From a virus (Duplodnaviria > Caudoviricetes), in the IMG/VR virus record IMGVR_UViG_3300020042_009394, positions 1-52,406 of that record: a DNA stretch of 52,406 bases; one strand, written 5' to 3'. Shown here in pieces: positions 38,137-49,059 of this stretch. The translations under genes were made by a program, and so were the position numbers. How positions within the stretch are numbered: position 1 is the first letter of the stretch; each line of letters begins with the position of its first letter. The notes under the pieces were generated by a model that made no database searches, was not told the DNA's origin, and saw only the letters and a list, made by a program, of their open reading frames with translations.

Positions 38137-39918
38137 TTATCTGTTTTTAGTTGGAGTTCGGATAGCTGCAGATTTATTAACCTCTTTCTTCTGAAGGTTG
38201 CTGTAATCTAATTTACCTGAACATGAGTTGCATTTAAATTTACCTCCCACAAGTTCAGTCTCCCACGCATACTCCTCCTGTACGTTCCCGCACTTACACT
38301 TGTAGATTCTTTTGCTGTAGTTGTTTTTCATAATGTTTATTAGGGTTATGAATAAGTGTTTACAAATACTGGCGTCTGTTCTCCTACGTAAGCACAAAAA
38401 CAATTGTACTCTAGAAACTCCCAGGCATCTTCCTCTGTCATCTCTTTATCCATCCCTAACAACAGGTCAACCATTATCTCCTTGGAGTAAACAAGCTGGC
38501 CGTTATCAGTTATTCCTAGGATAGCCTTGTCGTATCCATCAGGATCGCCATCAAAACCATCTGGCTTTAATGCTTCGCATTCTGCTGCGGTTTGTAGTAT
38601 TATTTCTAAGTCCATTACCAAAGATCTTCATCGGTTAAATCAATATTGTTTTCTTCATCGGCCTGCTTGGAAACCAGGTATACCCAGGCTGCTATAATGG
38701 GTACTACAATTACAATAATTAGGATAATCATATGGTTGCGGGGTTATAATTATTAATGTCAAAGTATCCTTCTGGCGTAGGTTCATCTTCCGGTCTACGC
38801 TTTCTTTTTCGTACAGGCTGGTAACCCATCTCCTTACAGTAGGTAATTATTTCTAAATACGTAAGGCCGGTATGCGTAGCCATCACTGACACTGGTTCTG
38901 TTGCGTAGTATTTATCCACGTAATCCTTCTCTGATTTTGTCATGGTTCTCCAGGGCTTCGATTTTAGCGTTAATAATGTTTATCTTTTCGTTGAGTTGCT
39001 TTAACTCGGCCTCAATAACAGGGATGGCATTAATGAAATACGTGGGGCATGGTTTGTTTTCAACGCAGTTGCACCACTGTTCAGGGTTGGAGGAGCATCG
39101 TCTCATCATAGGTTTGTGATTTTGTTATGCAAAGTTATCGGTTATATATACTTGTTAGTTTGAACTAAAAAATTATTTCAGCATGAATATTACCTGTCCT
39201 TTGTCTAATTTTATCTTATCTATAATTCTTTCCTTGCCATCATGGAAGAACATCTGCAAGTCACTGCCGACTGTAATGTATGGTCCGCCAGATGGATCCA
39301 CCATAGTGATTACTTCGGGGTCTTCATCCCATCCGTAGCGCATATACTGGCCGCCAGTCATTGTAACTTTATTATCCTCTTCAGTGAAGCGGATCTCATC
39401 TCGGTACCTATTCAGGTATAGAACACTTTCCATGTAGTATTTTTTTAGCTTCGATTTCTAATTTGTTTTTCTGTTCGTCATCCATGTTGCTTACCAGCCT
39501 AAGGATCTCATCAAAGAATAACGTATCCCTTTCTCTTATCTCCTTCCTGCGTGAGGCTAGTACCTTTAATTCAATGGCGTTCTTTAGCCATCTGAGTTTG
39601 GTTATGATCGGGGGTAAGCATTCCCTTAGGGCAATATGTTTACCCTTATGTAAGTCTTCAGCATAGATTAATGCATTGCACACACTAGAGTGCATGAGTT
39701 CAAATGATTCTGCTTGTGAGTTGGTTAATTTAACTGCCATTAATAAGTGATTCTAGTTTGGTTAAGGTTTGTCCTAATACGATTCCGATCTTTAATTGAT
39801 CGCCTTCTTCTATAGCTCGGGAGAGAGCTATGTAAATATTCTTAAGCTCTGGTTTTACCCTGTCTTGTATTTGAATGCGTGATTCTGTAATGCCGGTGAA
39901 TGGATCTGTTGCTATCAT
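38137..39918 (-). CDS. Run of small hypothetical proteins (38137-~38331 Zn ribbon, 38346-38621, 38728-38943, 38912-39109, 39173-39433, 39408-39740, 39730-39918)
   Basis: ORF track; coupled starts and stops. Confidence 0.6.
39130..39137 (-). promoter_or_regulatory. Canonical Bacteroidota -7 box TAACTTTG
   Basis: Exact TAnnTTTG in the intergenic gap about 20 nt upstream of the ATG at 39109. Confidence 0.55.
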
Positions 39919-40493
39919 GGTATTTTATTTAAGATTACTTCAATTGTTTGTTTTAATGCGACCTTATCTGATGCGTTTGCGATTCGGAAATCAAAGTCCC
40001 AGTTATCAAGTGCGGTCTCTGATGGGTGTGCGTTTACTGGTTCAATACCTGGGCGTACAATACGTATGACTACACCACCATTATCCTTCACTGCCTGGGC
40101 TTCATTAGGGAAGCGGCAGTCTGTGATGATCCAGTAGGATGGATTGTATTGGCTCATCTTCTTAGGCTTGTAATCCGCCATAAGAGCATTCACCCAGGCG
40201 TTAGTGTGCAACCCATTACGGATGGCGTCAGTACCTAACATCTGTAAGAAATCCCTTACGCTCATCTGATGGTAGAAGTCACCATAGTTTTTCCACCACT
40301 CCTCTCCAAGCATGGAGGTTTTGAAATCCTGATCCTCAAACATGTGCTCAGGCATACCTAATAGGATAGATGCAATGGTTTTAAGTTTACCAGAGAATTT
40401 CTTTACCTCCCATTTGTTTGGTTGTATCTCTTTTATTATTTCAGCTACTGTGTCCTTGCCGGATTTAGCATAGCCAGAGAGTGCAATAATCAT
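39915..40493 (-). CDS. Deoxynucleoside monophosphate kinase (T4 gp1-like)
   Basis: SGYAKSGKDT, RDFLQMLGTD, TDCRFPNE, HPSE. Confidence 0.88.
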   Translation of the reverse strand: MIIALSGYAKSGKDTVAEIIKEIQPNKWEVKKFSGKLKTIASILLGMPEHMFEDQDFKTSMLGEEWWKNYGDFYHQMSVRDFLQMLGTDAIRNGLHTNAWVNALMADYKPKKMSQYNPSYWIITDCRFPNEAQAVKDNGGVVIRIVRPGIEPVNAHPSETALDNWDFDFRIANASDKVALKQTIEVILNKIP

Positions 40494-40855
40494 TTTAGTT
40501 TGTTTATTTGTTGGGTAAGGATTGTTTCTATTTCTAACCAGCTTTCAGGTAATCCCCCGAGCTGCTTGTCATCGATGTATATGTCAGCAAATATTTTACG
40601 TGAGTCGCTGTCATACTGTGCTATGTTGTCTGGATGGTTCTCGTTGATGTGATGGAACTTTACGCCATTGGATCTGAGGTAATCAGCTGCCATGGTTTCG
40701 TGCTCACCAGACCGGCAGGTCCAGATGATAATGAAGTGACCAGCATCATAGAGTCTGTTAATTACATCCGCTGCATGCGGTTTAATGGTACCGATGTTTG
40801 GGTAATCGGCATACACGATGGTGTCATCGTAGTCAATACTTATAATAGCTTTCAT
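40490..40855 (-). CDS. HAD-superfamily hydrolase
   Basis: IDYDDT, WTCR, K..ADIYIDDK. Confidence 0.82.
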   Translation of the reverse strand: MKAIISIDYDDTIVYADYPNIGTIKPHAADVINRLYDAGHFIIIWTCRSGEHETMAADYLRSNGVKFHHINENHPDNIAQYDSDSRKIFADIYIDDKQLGGLPESWLEIETILTQQINKLK

Positions 40856-41423
40856 TTGGCTAGGATATTTTTTACTTGATAGTAGAAGACGGATCTATCT
40901 TCCGCATCATTACCATCCAACTCGTTTTCCATTTCATCAATAATCTTATCGACCATGTATAGGCATATAGCTTTCACGGCCTTGTCAACATTAACTTCAG
41001 GAACTAAGTGCAGGTGAGTTACAACACATGACCATATCCCGGTTTGGATTAATTTTCTGGCGTCTGATTTTAATTCCTCCGCCATTTCAAATGGGGTCAT
41101 ATACTTTTAATTACTTTCGTTTCACAGATTTCAATCTTGGCGTCATTCATATACATGAGTAGTACTAACAGCTGCTGCGCCTGTGCGTAGTCAATACGTA
41201 TAGTCTTGCCGTCAAGCTTAACTACATACCCGTTGCCGGTATTAACTATACTGCATGCCTGTGTGCCAAGTAGCTCTGGATCCCACTCCTTTGAGTTGGA
41301 GTATTTGAGGACGGTAGTTCTGTTCTTGAACTCAAGATCGAAATCGTGTTCTAGCGGCCTACCGATATAATTTTCTATGTATACTTTCATGGGGTAAAAA
41401 TTTAGGGAGGGCATCGGGACCAA
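40852..41423 (-). CDS. Two hypothetical proteins (40852-41100, 41097-~41390)
   Basis: ORF track. Confidence 0.6.
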
Positions 41424-41443
41424 TCTCCACCCTCCCTGTTAAA

Positions 41444-41689
41444 TTAAAATGGAAGCTCTTCGCTTTCTTGTCCTACGAATGAAGCGACTGGAGCAGCTGC
41501 TGCCTTTGGCTCATACGTATCCAATTTTCCACGATAGTCAGGAGACTTCTCACCTTCCTTTTTAAATGTGTTAGGCCACATCGTATAACGACTGGTTCCT
41601 ACTACAACGTTCAGTACTTCTACTGGTCCGTTCTTGGTTTCGATAACCTTTTTCCAGGCTACGATGTCCGATTTCTGTTCGTTACTCAT
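41444..41689 (-). CDS. Small ssDNA-binding-like protein (DUF736-like)
   Basis: KSPDYRG motif and an SSB-type acidic tail ending EELPF. Confidence 0.55.
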   Translation of the reverse strand: MSNEQKSDIVAWKKVIETKNGPVEVLNVVVGTSRYTMWPNTFKKEGEKSPDYRGKLDTYEPKAAAAPVASFVGQESEELPF

Positions 41690-41828
41690 TTTTTTGAGAT
41701 TTTGATTGTTAGTGAAAAATTTAAAAAGTAGAATCCGATTTGGATCTCCTTGTAGTCAGGTTCGTATATGAATGCTATGTTCGGGAGCAGCATATACACA
41801 CTCATAGTGTCTGTTTCGATTGTTGCTT

Positions 41829-42173
41829 TCATATTATTTTATTTGATTTAAGCATTTGAATTAATTCTTTAAAGTCATCCAGTGTCATGGCCACAATAAC
41901 ACCCTGTCTGCTACGCTTGTGAAAGACTACATTGTAGTTGGAGTCATCAGGCATAGCTGCCAGTATCTTATGTAGGCTACCAAGGTTTTCTACTGCCTTA
42001 GCTTGCACAGAGAATGGATCGGTATAACACAAGTCAATACCCTGGTCATCTTTGTTCTTGCTCTCAGCTCGGGAGGTCACTGCCTTATCCCAGCCTAGAT
42101 CTTTAAACCATTGCACTATATCCCTTTCGAACGTGTGCCCTTTTACCCTTGCGGATCTTCCTCTCGTAGCCAT
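41829..42173 (-). CDS. Holliday junction resolvase (Hjc-like PD-(D/E)XK)
   Basis: KGHTFERDIV, GIDL, VQAK, VVFHKR. Confidence 0.72.
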   Translation of the reverse strand: MATRGRSARVKGHTFERDIVQWFKDLGWDKAVTSRAESKNKDDQGIDLCYTDPFSVQAKAVENLGSLHKILAAMPDDSNYNVVFHKRSRQGVIVAMTLDDFKELIQMLKSNKII

Positions 42174-42442
42174 ATTCTTCCTGTGTTATGTAGTTCTTTA
42201 ATGGTATCCCAACTCACTGCTGGATCGAAGACAGTAGGTGTAAAATGTGTAGGTTTAAATATGCCTTGCATGTAGTACTGCTTGCCAGGTACGATCTCAT
42301 CTAGCTTAGCCGGTCTCACAAGGTTGTCTCCCTTCACATCAACTACATGCTCCATCATTTTGCCTCCGCTGTTTAGCATCTTCCAGTGCTCCTTATAAAG
42401 AGTCTGCGAGGGCGGCAAAGTTTTCAATGTCTTTCTTGCCAT
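42143..42442 (-). CDS. Hypothetical protein
   Basis: ORF track. Confidence 0.5.
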   Translation of the reverse strand: MARKTLKTLPPSQTLYKEHWKMLNSGGKMMEHVVDVKGDNLVRPAKLDEIVPGKQYYMQGIFKPTHFTPTVFDPAVSWDTIKELHNTGRIWLREEDPQG

Positions 42443-44132
42443 AGGGTTGGTTTACGAATTTGCTTTTATCTGTTCCGTCATTTAATCTTTCTGCTGAATG
42501 GTACCTGCTGTTGGCTACGTTGAATGTGAAGTAGTCTACCCCGAGCTGGCCACTATACCTGAACCTTACTTTCCATCTATGCAACTCGGTCTGATTTGTT
42601 TCCAGGTTTCTGTAAACAGTCATACCGTTATCAGGTAGGTTGAACCAGTGTGAGCTATCACCAACATCGTAACCATTAGGTACTTTGTATATCCCATTCT
42701 TTAATTCAGTCATCTTCTTTGGATGCGCCACCAGGAATACAATGATGTCATGGTTCCTGGCGAACCTGGCCACATCGTTCATCATGTTCTTGATCTGGTG
42801 ATGGCGTGTATCAGCCTGGTTGCTCATGCTCTTCTCAACTGTACTCATGTTATCTATCACGAGTATGTTAATGCCATATCTTTTAACCATCTCCTGGGCC
42901 TTGTCAAGGATGCCTTCAATGGTAAGGTCATTCTCACTTAGCTTGTAATACTTGAAGTGATCGTTCATGAATGGCGTCCATGCTTCTACCTCATCCCTTG
43001 TTATTCTTTTGGAGAGCTTTGATTGGAAGAAAGAATTACCTGTAGCGATCTGGTACATATCAGCTAAAGCAAAAGCCGTGTTGGCCTCTTCGGCTGAGTA
43101 TATAAAGGATCTTAGGTCATGCTTTTCCGCCAGCTTGAATATGATATTCTTTATCATGGTAGATTTACCATGACCAGGTATGCCGGTAACGAGTGTTACC
43201 TGTCCTGGATGCCATACGAATTCAGTTGCGTAACCAGTATCGAAACCAGTAGGGAATCCTTCATCGTATAGCTTGTATATATCAGCCTTAACTGAGAACG
43301 CATCTTCAATACCTTCAACCGGGTAGGGACTAGCCGAGTTGTAACACTCGACTAGTATATCCCGTCCACCATGAATCAACACTTCGTTTGCGTCCTTATA
43401 AGGGAATTCTATTATTAAACAGTTCTGTTTGCCTAGTCTTCTTGCAAGCTCATTTCTAAGTGATATGCCAGCCTCATCCATATCAGTGGCCAGGTATATC
43501 TTCTTGCCTTCAAACAGGTTCCAGAAGTCTTCTAACCATTCAAGCTTTTGGGAGCCCTTGCTGGCACCATTAGGTACTGATATAGCGTTCTTAATTCCTG
43601 CTTCATAAAACGCCATGCAATCGATCTCTCCCTCGCAGATAACAATACTATCGGTAGCATTATCAAGGCAGACGTCAATGTTATAAGGCACAAGCCTAGC
43701 CCCACTAACAAGCTTAAAGTTCTTATCACGATCACGATACTTAATGTTTTGAAGTTCTCCATTGTAGTAATAATTAAAGTGAATTGTTTTAGTTTCTGCG
43801 TTAACCTGAGGCATATAATCGACACCTTCAGATACTTTAAATCTGAGTAGTGTTTGGTTACTTATTCCCCGAGCTGCGAACCAATCAATGACTGGTTGGC
43901 TTAAAGTTTTTAGCTCACCTGTTGGGCGTACATATTCTTTATCGTTCTTTATGCGCACGGTTCCTTTGTATCCACAGTTATGGCAGTTCCAAATGCCTTC
44001 TTCTACATCTACAGACAGGCATGGATCATTCTTTTTCTTTCTGGTATCGCTACACTTCGGACATACGGTCTTTATATTACCTCTTTGCCCTTCACGAACA
44101 TTAATACCTAGGGCTCTGAGTTGTTGAATCAT
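42393..44132 (-). CDS. T7 gp4/Twinkle-type DNA primase-helicase
   Basis: CPKC..CHNC zinc domain; TOPRIM CEGEID..SVPNGA..DMD; Walker A GIPGHGKS; VID; VAHP; KVRF. Confidence 0.93.
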   Translation of the reverse strand: MIQQLRALGINVREGQRGNIKTVCPKCSDTRKKKNDPCLSVDVEEGIWNCHNCGYKGTVRIKNDKEYVRPTGELKTLSQPVIDWFAARGISNQTLLRFKVSEGVDYMPQVNAETKTIHFNYYYNGELQNIKYRDRDKNFKLVSGARLVPYNIDVCLDNATDSIVICEGEIDCMAFYEAGIKNAISVPNGASKGSQKLEWLEDFWNLFEGKKIYLATDMDEAGISLRNELARRLGKQNCLIIEFPYKDANEVLIHGGRDILVECYNSASPYPVEGIEDAFSVKADIYKLYDEGFPTGFDTGYATEFVWHPGQVTLVTGIPGHGKSTMIKNIIFKLAEKHDLRSFIYSAEEANTAFALADMYQIATGNSFFQSKLSKRITRDEVEAWTPFMNDHFKYYKLSENDLTIEGILDKAQEMVKRYGINILVIDNMSTVEKSMSNQADTRHHQIKNMMNDVARFARNHDIIVFLVAHPKKMTELKNGIYKVPNGYDVGDSSHWFNLPDNGMTVYRNLETNQTELHRWKVRFRYSGQLGVDYFTFNVANSRYHSAERLNDGTDKSKFVNQPYGKKDIENFAALADSL

Positions 44133-44700
44133 TTTTGGTTTGGTTTATCCAGTACATATTGGCGTCATCGAGATACTTATGGAATTGTTTTGGACTGCGG
44201 AAGACTGTAGAAGGCCTGTTGTATTCCTTCATCTTCTCATCAATACCCCAGGTGTTACGCTTGTGTATGATCACAGATTTAAAATGCTCCTTAGTTATTC
44301 GTGGCGATTGTTTTATGATAGCTTTTACTAGCTCAATGTTATTAGGCAGCTGATACTTTGTTTCGTTTATTTCGTTAAACATTATTACAACTTCCTTGGC
44401 GAGCTCAGTGTCTAATCCCTTTACTTCAATTGGTTCCTCAAAGAATGATGTATACCAGTTGTTGGTTGGGTAGAAGCTGCCGTTCTCAGCTATCTCCAGG
44501 AGTGGAGGTTGAGATGTGCGTAGATCATCTACTGCTACAGAGACAGCTCGTGTGCTTAATCCTAACACGTTAGCGATCTCGGTTATAGAAGTATGACGCC
44601 AGACATTTTTATACTGCGCACACGTATCCATTACTAGATAGTGTACAGAGGATATGTTTAGTTTTTTTCTTAGGTTGTGGTCGATGGTGGTGGTGGTCAT
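44101..44700 (-). CDS. Phage replication initiator-like protein
   Basis: N-terminal HTH (ITEIANVLGLSTRAVS); C-terminal W..DEKMKEYNRPSTVF..FHKYL domain. Confidence 0.72.
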   Translation of the reverse strand: MTTTTIDHNLRKKLNISSVHYLVMDTCAQYKNVWRHTSITEIANVLGLSTRAVSVAVDDLRTSQPPLLEIAENGSFYPTNNWYTSFFEEPIEVKGLDTELAKEVVIMFNEINETKYQLPNNIELVKAIIKQSPRITKEHFKSVIIHKRNTWGIDEKMKEYNRPSTVFRSPKQFHKYLDDANMYWINQTKNDSTTQSPRY

Positions 44701-44704
44701 GGCC

Positions 44705-45094
44705 TTATAAGTTTACATAGTCATCAAGCTTTAGGTATGGATTACTCCTGGAATGAAATTTGATGGCGTTCATGCAGAGATTAACTTTTATGAAGTATTT
44801 TTTTATTGCATCATCGCTCATGTATATGGTACCATTTTCTTTCCTGCGCTTACCTTCACGATAGTATTCTCTGAACTGCGATAACTTGTATCTGTAAGAG
44901 TCATATCCCATATCCAGGTAGGACATCACTAACTGCGCATCAAAACCATACATGTCAGATATTCCAACAAATATGCTACGTGCAAGGTCCTTGTTGCCTT
45001 CATACTCTTCATCACACTGGAAGAATTTATTCGCATCCTTGTCAAACACGAACTGTGGCTTCATCACTTTTTCAATCTCATTTAGCTTGATCAT
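44705..45094 (-). CDS. Hypothetical helical, possibly HTH, protein
   Basis: ARSIFV..YGFDAQLVMSYL segment loosely resembles DnaA domain IV/TrpR-like folds. Confidence 0.5.
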   Translation of the reverse strand: MIKLNEIEKVMKPQFVFDKDANKFFQCDEEYEGNKDLARSIFVGISDMYGFDAQLVMSYLDMGYDSYRYKLSQFREYYREGKRRKENGTIYMSDDAIKKYFIKVNLCMNAIKFHSRSNPYLKLDDYVNL

Positions 45095-46077
45095 AGTTGT
45101 ACGTTAAATTGTTTGCGCCAGGTTACCTTACCCTCAGGTAGCATCATGATGGATGCTTCGTTGCGTTCCATAACCTGCTTTATTTTATTTTGATAGAATT
45201 GTTTTTGCTTCTCTACGTTCTTAAGGAATTCAGAATACCTTTTATACTGCTTAGCTAGTTCAAGCATATCTTCTCCGCCTTGCATTACGATTTCTGTTTG
45301 GCGTGCCTTGTGCTTTTCAGATACGAATTGATTGAATGCTTCAGAGTTATCTGCTTCTGGTTCGTACTGCGCTGCTATACCTAGCTTCTCATCCAGATCA
45401 ATGGTGTTCTGAATAAGTTCCTGTGCCTGGCGCACTCTCTCTTGGAATTCATGCGCTGCATTTAGGATCCTGTCCTGCAGTTCGGGGTCAGCATTAAAGG
45501 TTACTACTCCCAGCTGTCTGCCATCTTTCAGGTAACAGATCTCTGCGTACTTTAATTCAGTAACTAACATGTAGTGCTGCACCTGGATCAGGTAGCTCGG
45601 GGGAATGCCTGCCTCGTAAGAGTCAGCAGAGTAACCGGAGATCGTTTTGATCTCCAGTATACCTTGCTTCTTCCCATGAACTGGATGTTTGGTGATAATG
45701 CCGTCTACATTCGCAAACAGTACAGGATATTTTGGGTTAGTTATAATAGACTTGAGCTTCTTGTATCGCTTGATCTTGTTGTCAGCCAGGGTATTCTCAA
45801 CCCAGCCTTCATCAGTACCATCGTAATACTGCCAGCACTTTGCAACATAGTCTTCCATCTGCTTGCCGTGAAGCATGGCGGAGTTCATTATGTTCGGGGG
45901 ATTACTTATGCCTACAGACTGGTAGAACATATTAATCGGTGACTTGTATTGGTTTAATCCTAACAGGGTTCCTGCATCAGATCCGCCAATCATTCCCTTT
46001 CTTACAAAAGATAGGCGTAGGGATTGCCATTCGGCCTCGGTTAACTTGGCCGTTGGTGTATGGATTAGGTGTTTCAT
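45091..46077 (-). CDS. YqaJ/lambda-exonuclease-type recombinase
   Basis: IGGSDAG..G.N.YKSP, ANVDG, LEIKT, YLIQVQHYM. Confidence 0.9.
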   Translation of the reverse strand: MKHLIHTPTAKLTEAEWQSLRLSFVRKGMIGGSDAGTLLGLNQYKSPINMFYQSVGISNPPNIMNSAMLHGKQMEDYVAKCWQYYDGTDEGWVENTLADNKIKRYKKLKSIITNPKYPVLFANVDGIITKHPVHGKKQGILEIKTISGYSADSYEAGIPPSYLIQVQHYMLVTELKYAEICYLKDGRQLGVVTFNADPELQDRILNAAHEFQERVRQAQELIQNTIDLDEKLGIAAQYEPEADNSEAFNQFVSEKHKARQTEIVMQGGEDMLELAKQYKRYSEFLKNVEKQKQFYQNKIKQVMERNEASIMMLPEGKVTWRKQFNVQL

Positions 46078-46829
46078 TTCTTGGCTGCTTTTGTTACTGC
46101 TTCGGATTTAACTTGGTTGATCATAGACGTTAGTGCCGTCTTCTGTGCGGTGTTCAGCTTGTACTTTTTCATACCAGCTTCTACCTCTTTGATCTTTCCC
46201 TCGTTAATGAATGAAAGCATAGAGTCTAGCTTATCCTGGGGTAATTCTGGGAGCTCGGGGGCAGGAGGAGGAGTAGCAACAATCTTTTGAAGTGTTGAAT
46301 TGTTCCTAAGATTATTGATGTGCTTAGTTACATCCCATATACGTTTACCAGATTCATCTACAGGATTGCCGTATTGATCACATGGTAGTGTTACTGTATC
46401 CAGGTCATATAAGAAGCGACCTACACCCCATTGTACTGCAGCTCTTTTAAGGGCATCTGAAGACGCTGACTTTCCAGCCTGCTCGTACATATTGTCGGAC
46501 TTATTATCTTCGATCCTTGCGCCTGTATCCCATCTCCATAGCGTTGAACTAAAGCCAGTGGGATTACCTTCTGCATTGAACTCTGGGATCTCGATACCGA
46601 TTCCATAGAATATGAAACCAGCTAATTCTTTTACGTCTGTCTGCCATCCGTATGTGCAATACTTATCTAGCACGTTCATTACGTCACGTGCATCTATGTA
46701 AGATGTACAGATAGCTTTTGTTCTTTCTTTGTTACGAGACTGGACCCTCCATTGATAGGGGATCGGTTGGCGGAGTTTTTCCTGTAGTGTTGAGATGTAA
46801 TTCATGTATGTATTGTTTGGTGAATTCAT
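46074..46829 (-). CDS. Rad52/Rad22-like single-strand annealing protein
   Basis: WRVQS, YIDARDVMNVLD, SDALKRAAVQWGVGRFLY. Confidence 0.85.
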   Translation of the reverse strand: MNSPNNTYMNYISTLQEKLRQPIPYQWRVQSRNKERTKAICTSYIDARDVMNVLDKYCTYGWQTDVKELAGFIFYGIGIEIPEFNAEGNPTGFSSTLWRWDTGARIEDNKSDNMYEQAGKSASSDALKRAAVQWGVGRFLYDLDTVTLPCDQYGNPVDESGKRIWDVTKHINNLRNNSTLQKIVATPPPAPELPELPQDKLDSMLSFINEGKIKEVEAGMKKYKLNTAQKTALTSMINQVKSEAVTKAAKK

Positions 46830-47022
46830 ATTGGTCAGCGAGGAAGTAGATCTGCTGCCAGTCGTACGTGAACCTGGTCTTGTTGCCGGTCCTGATGGCT
46901 CTTATATAATGCCCATTGCATAACTGCTCATGGTTTTTGAGGAGCCACTTGCGGAACGGAACTAGTTGAAAATCAACCCCGTCCACAATCATAACGTCTT
47001 TTGCATAATCGAACTTAATCAC
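46732..47022 (-). CDS. Hypothetical protein divergent from the repressor
   Basis: ORF track; first gene of the leftward operon. Confidence 0.5.
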   Translation of the reverse strand: MIKFDYAKDVMIVDGVDFQLVPFRKWLLKNHEQLCNGHYIRAIRTGNKTRFTYDWQQIYFLADQYEFTKQYIHELHLNTTGKTPPTDPLSMEGPVS

Positions 47023-47061
47023 GACATAAAATTATAAAACAATAAAATAGATATTTATTAG

Positions 47062-47096
47062 TTATACACATAGTTTTCCGCAATTGTATATATTTG
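47062..47096 (+). promoter_or_regulatory. Divergent control region: DnaA-box-like TTATACACA (47062-47070) and -7 box TATATTTG (47089-47096)
   Basis: Exact matches to TTATNCACA and TAnnTTTG upstream of the XRE gene. Confidence 0.55.
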
Positions 47097-47115
47097 TATC
47101 AACAATGTTATCAAC

Positions 47116-47442
47116 ATGAGAATCAAACACACAAAGACAACAGAACAGACAGATATATCAAAAAGACTTAAGGAGATACGCATTGATAATAGATTGACTC
47201 AAAAAGACATGGCCAAATTAGTTGGCATGACATCTGGATCTATTGGCGCATTGGAGAATGGTTTGTATACGCCAAACTTTGATGTATTAAGGACATTGAA
47301 AAAGAAACTTGGCGTGTCGTATGACTACTTGATTGATGGGGATGAGAAAGTATTAACACAACAAGCTCTCAAGAATGAGCTGGCCGTTATAAGGCAGGAG
47401 AATGAGCGGCTTAAAAAGATTGTAGATAAGTTGATCAAATAA
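47116..47442 (+). CDS. XRE-family HTH regulator (candidate repressor) with C-terminal coiled coil
   Basis: RLKEIR..LTQKDMAKLVGMTSGSIGALENG..P..LGVSYDYLIDG; the only credible plus-strand gene in the window. Confidence 0.9.
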   Translation: MRIKHTKTTEQTDISKRLKEIRIDNRLTQKDMAKLVGMTSGSIGALENGLYTPNFDVLRTLKKKLGVSYDYLIDGDEKVLTQQALKNELAVIRQENERLKKIVDKLIK

Positions 47443-47470
47443 AAAAGGGAGCCGAAGCTCCCCTTTTTTT
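47441..47470. terminator. Bidirectional terminator between convergent repressor and integrase
   Basis: AAAAAA-GGGAGC-CGAA-GCTCCC-CTTTTTTT. Confidence 0.85.
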
Positions 47471-48761
47471 ATACCAGTCCCATTTTCTCATGGGCATTTT
47501 TAAAATCAGATTTATATAGCTTGTCAACCACATGCACATAATCGTAGAACGCTTCCGAGTTCGGTGAGTGTCCTGATGTGTGCTTGATGTGGTTCTGGTC
47601 CACACCCATGTAGATCATGGTAGTGATGGCGGTCTTCCTGAGAAGGTGAGGATGCGCCCACTGATACAGAGGCTTGCTCTCCACGATCTGCTCTCCACGG
47701 ATTCCCAGTTTATGGATGCTATAGTAATCATGTAGGTCATCGTACATCGCAAAGAGGTCCCTCATATTGTCATAAAGAATCTGCTTAGTAGGTTTGATGG
47801 AAAACAATCCACCCTTCCTGGTCAGGTTCTCCCTGTACACATCTGTCAAGCTCTTGGGCAGTGGCATCTGTGAGATTTCACCGGTCTTCTCATTGCGCTT
47901 GTTCAACAGAACCTCGTTACCTCTAAAGATCAAGTCCTTCTCAGTCAAGCTGATCGCATCAGACACCCTCAGGGTGGTGATTAGGATCGTAGCGGATACT
48001 TCCCAGACCATCTTCATGGTTTCGTTCAGGCCCTTGTAGATGTTGTGCTTGTCCATCACGAACTGGCCCACGAACTCTGGAGGGAACACGACCTTGGGCT
48101 TTTTGATATTGGCCAGGCGTGGAATCTTTGGGATGTTAAAGAAATAAGTACGGGAGAAGTGGCTTATCATAATGTTAGCCATGTTCATAGCTTCGCAACG
48201 GCTCTTAATTGAATAGTTATGGTCGATCATCCAGTTCTCGTAAGACTTGAACCATGATGCAAACCTGGTGCTTATATCTTTCTTCTGCAGTATGGATGCC
48301 GTAGCATCTACATGAAATTTGGAGATGTCCAGCGGTCCATGTTCAGAGGAGAAGTTCGCCATCATGTTGGCGGCCTGGGCATATGTGCATACGCTGGCAG
48401 GTGAGAATCTCTTGTTGTTCCTGGTGAGTATCTCGCCCGTGCTCATCTGGTGTACGTACTTGTTAAGGAGTGCGTGCACTTCGAAGCTCTCGGTTTCCTC
48501 TTCCTGCAGTTCGGGGGTAAATTTATAGTTCGCCTTGATCTGTTCCAGATTACCATACTTAAGAAATAACTCTGTCAATAAGATCTTATGGCGGAGTAGC
48601 TCGTTATTCAGACCGGCTACCTCTAATGTGTTACCGATAAACTCGCCATCGAACTTCTGGTTGCGGCCTAGCTTCATACCGGTGGAGATACGAAGACACT
48701 TGTCCTTGTCGGAGATCCTGGCCTGGATCATGTTGCCTCTTAAAAAGAATGATATTGTCAT
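47469..48761 (-). CDS. Tyrosine recombinase/integrase
   Basis: LRVSD (R), EKTG (K), HLLR (HxxR), GHS and terminal Tyr; N-terminal ISTG arm-binding-like segment. Confidence 0.88.
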   Translation of the reverse strand: MTISFFLRGNMIQARISDKDKCLRISTGMKLGRNQKFDGEFIGNTLEVAGLNNELLRHKILLTELFLKYGNLEQIKANYKFTPELQEEETESFEVHALLNKYVHQMSTGEILTRNNKRFSPASVCTYAQAANMMANFSSEHGPLDISKFHVDATASILQKKDISTRFASWFKSYENWMIDHNYSIKSRCEAMNMANIMISHFSRTYFFNIPKIPRLANIKKPKVVFPPEFVGQFVMDKHNIYKGLNETMKMVWEVSATILITTLRVSDAISLTEKDLIFRGNEVLLNKRNEKTGEISQMPLPKSLTDVYRENLTRKGGLFSIKPTKQILYDNMRDLFAMYDDLHDYYSIHKLGIRGEQIVESKPLYQWAHPHLLRKTAITTMIYMGVDQNHIKHTSGHSPNSEAFYDYVHVVDKLYKSDFKNAHEKMGLV

Positions 48762-49050
48762 GGTGAAATAGTTTTATGTTTGGAATGAACGATGTAACTC
48801 TCTAAAATATTGTCACACTTTCCAACGGGTACACTTACGTGTGCTAATTATATCACGAATGCCTAATTTTACTAATGCAGAAAGGGGTGCGTTGAGTCTG
48901 TAGATAATCATTTCGGCACACCAGATTCAGCACATTTTCACATAACTCCCTGATTCTCAAGAATACCAATTGAATAAGGAATTATATTCGTCTGAAGTGG
49001 TACTTCAAAAGTAGCTAGTTATCAGCACTTTTGCAAGTTTATCCGAAACT

Positions 49051-49059
49051 TTATCCACA
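49051..49059 (+). promoter_or_regulatory. Perfect DnaA box TTATCCACA
   Basis: Consensus match, preceded by a half-copy TTTATCCGAA, about 25 nt past the stop of the DnaA-IV-like gene. Confidence 0.5.

Noticed and set aside
15063-47470. Similar C(UUCG)G terminators in both halves as evidence of one genome
   Set aside because: This hairpin type is widespread and only about 25 nt, so it is uninformative about shared origin.
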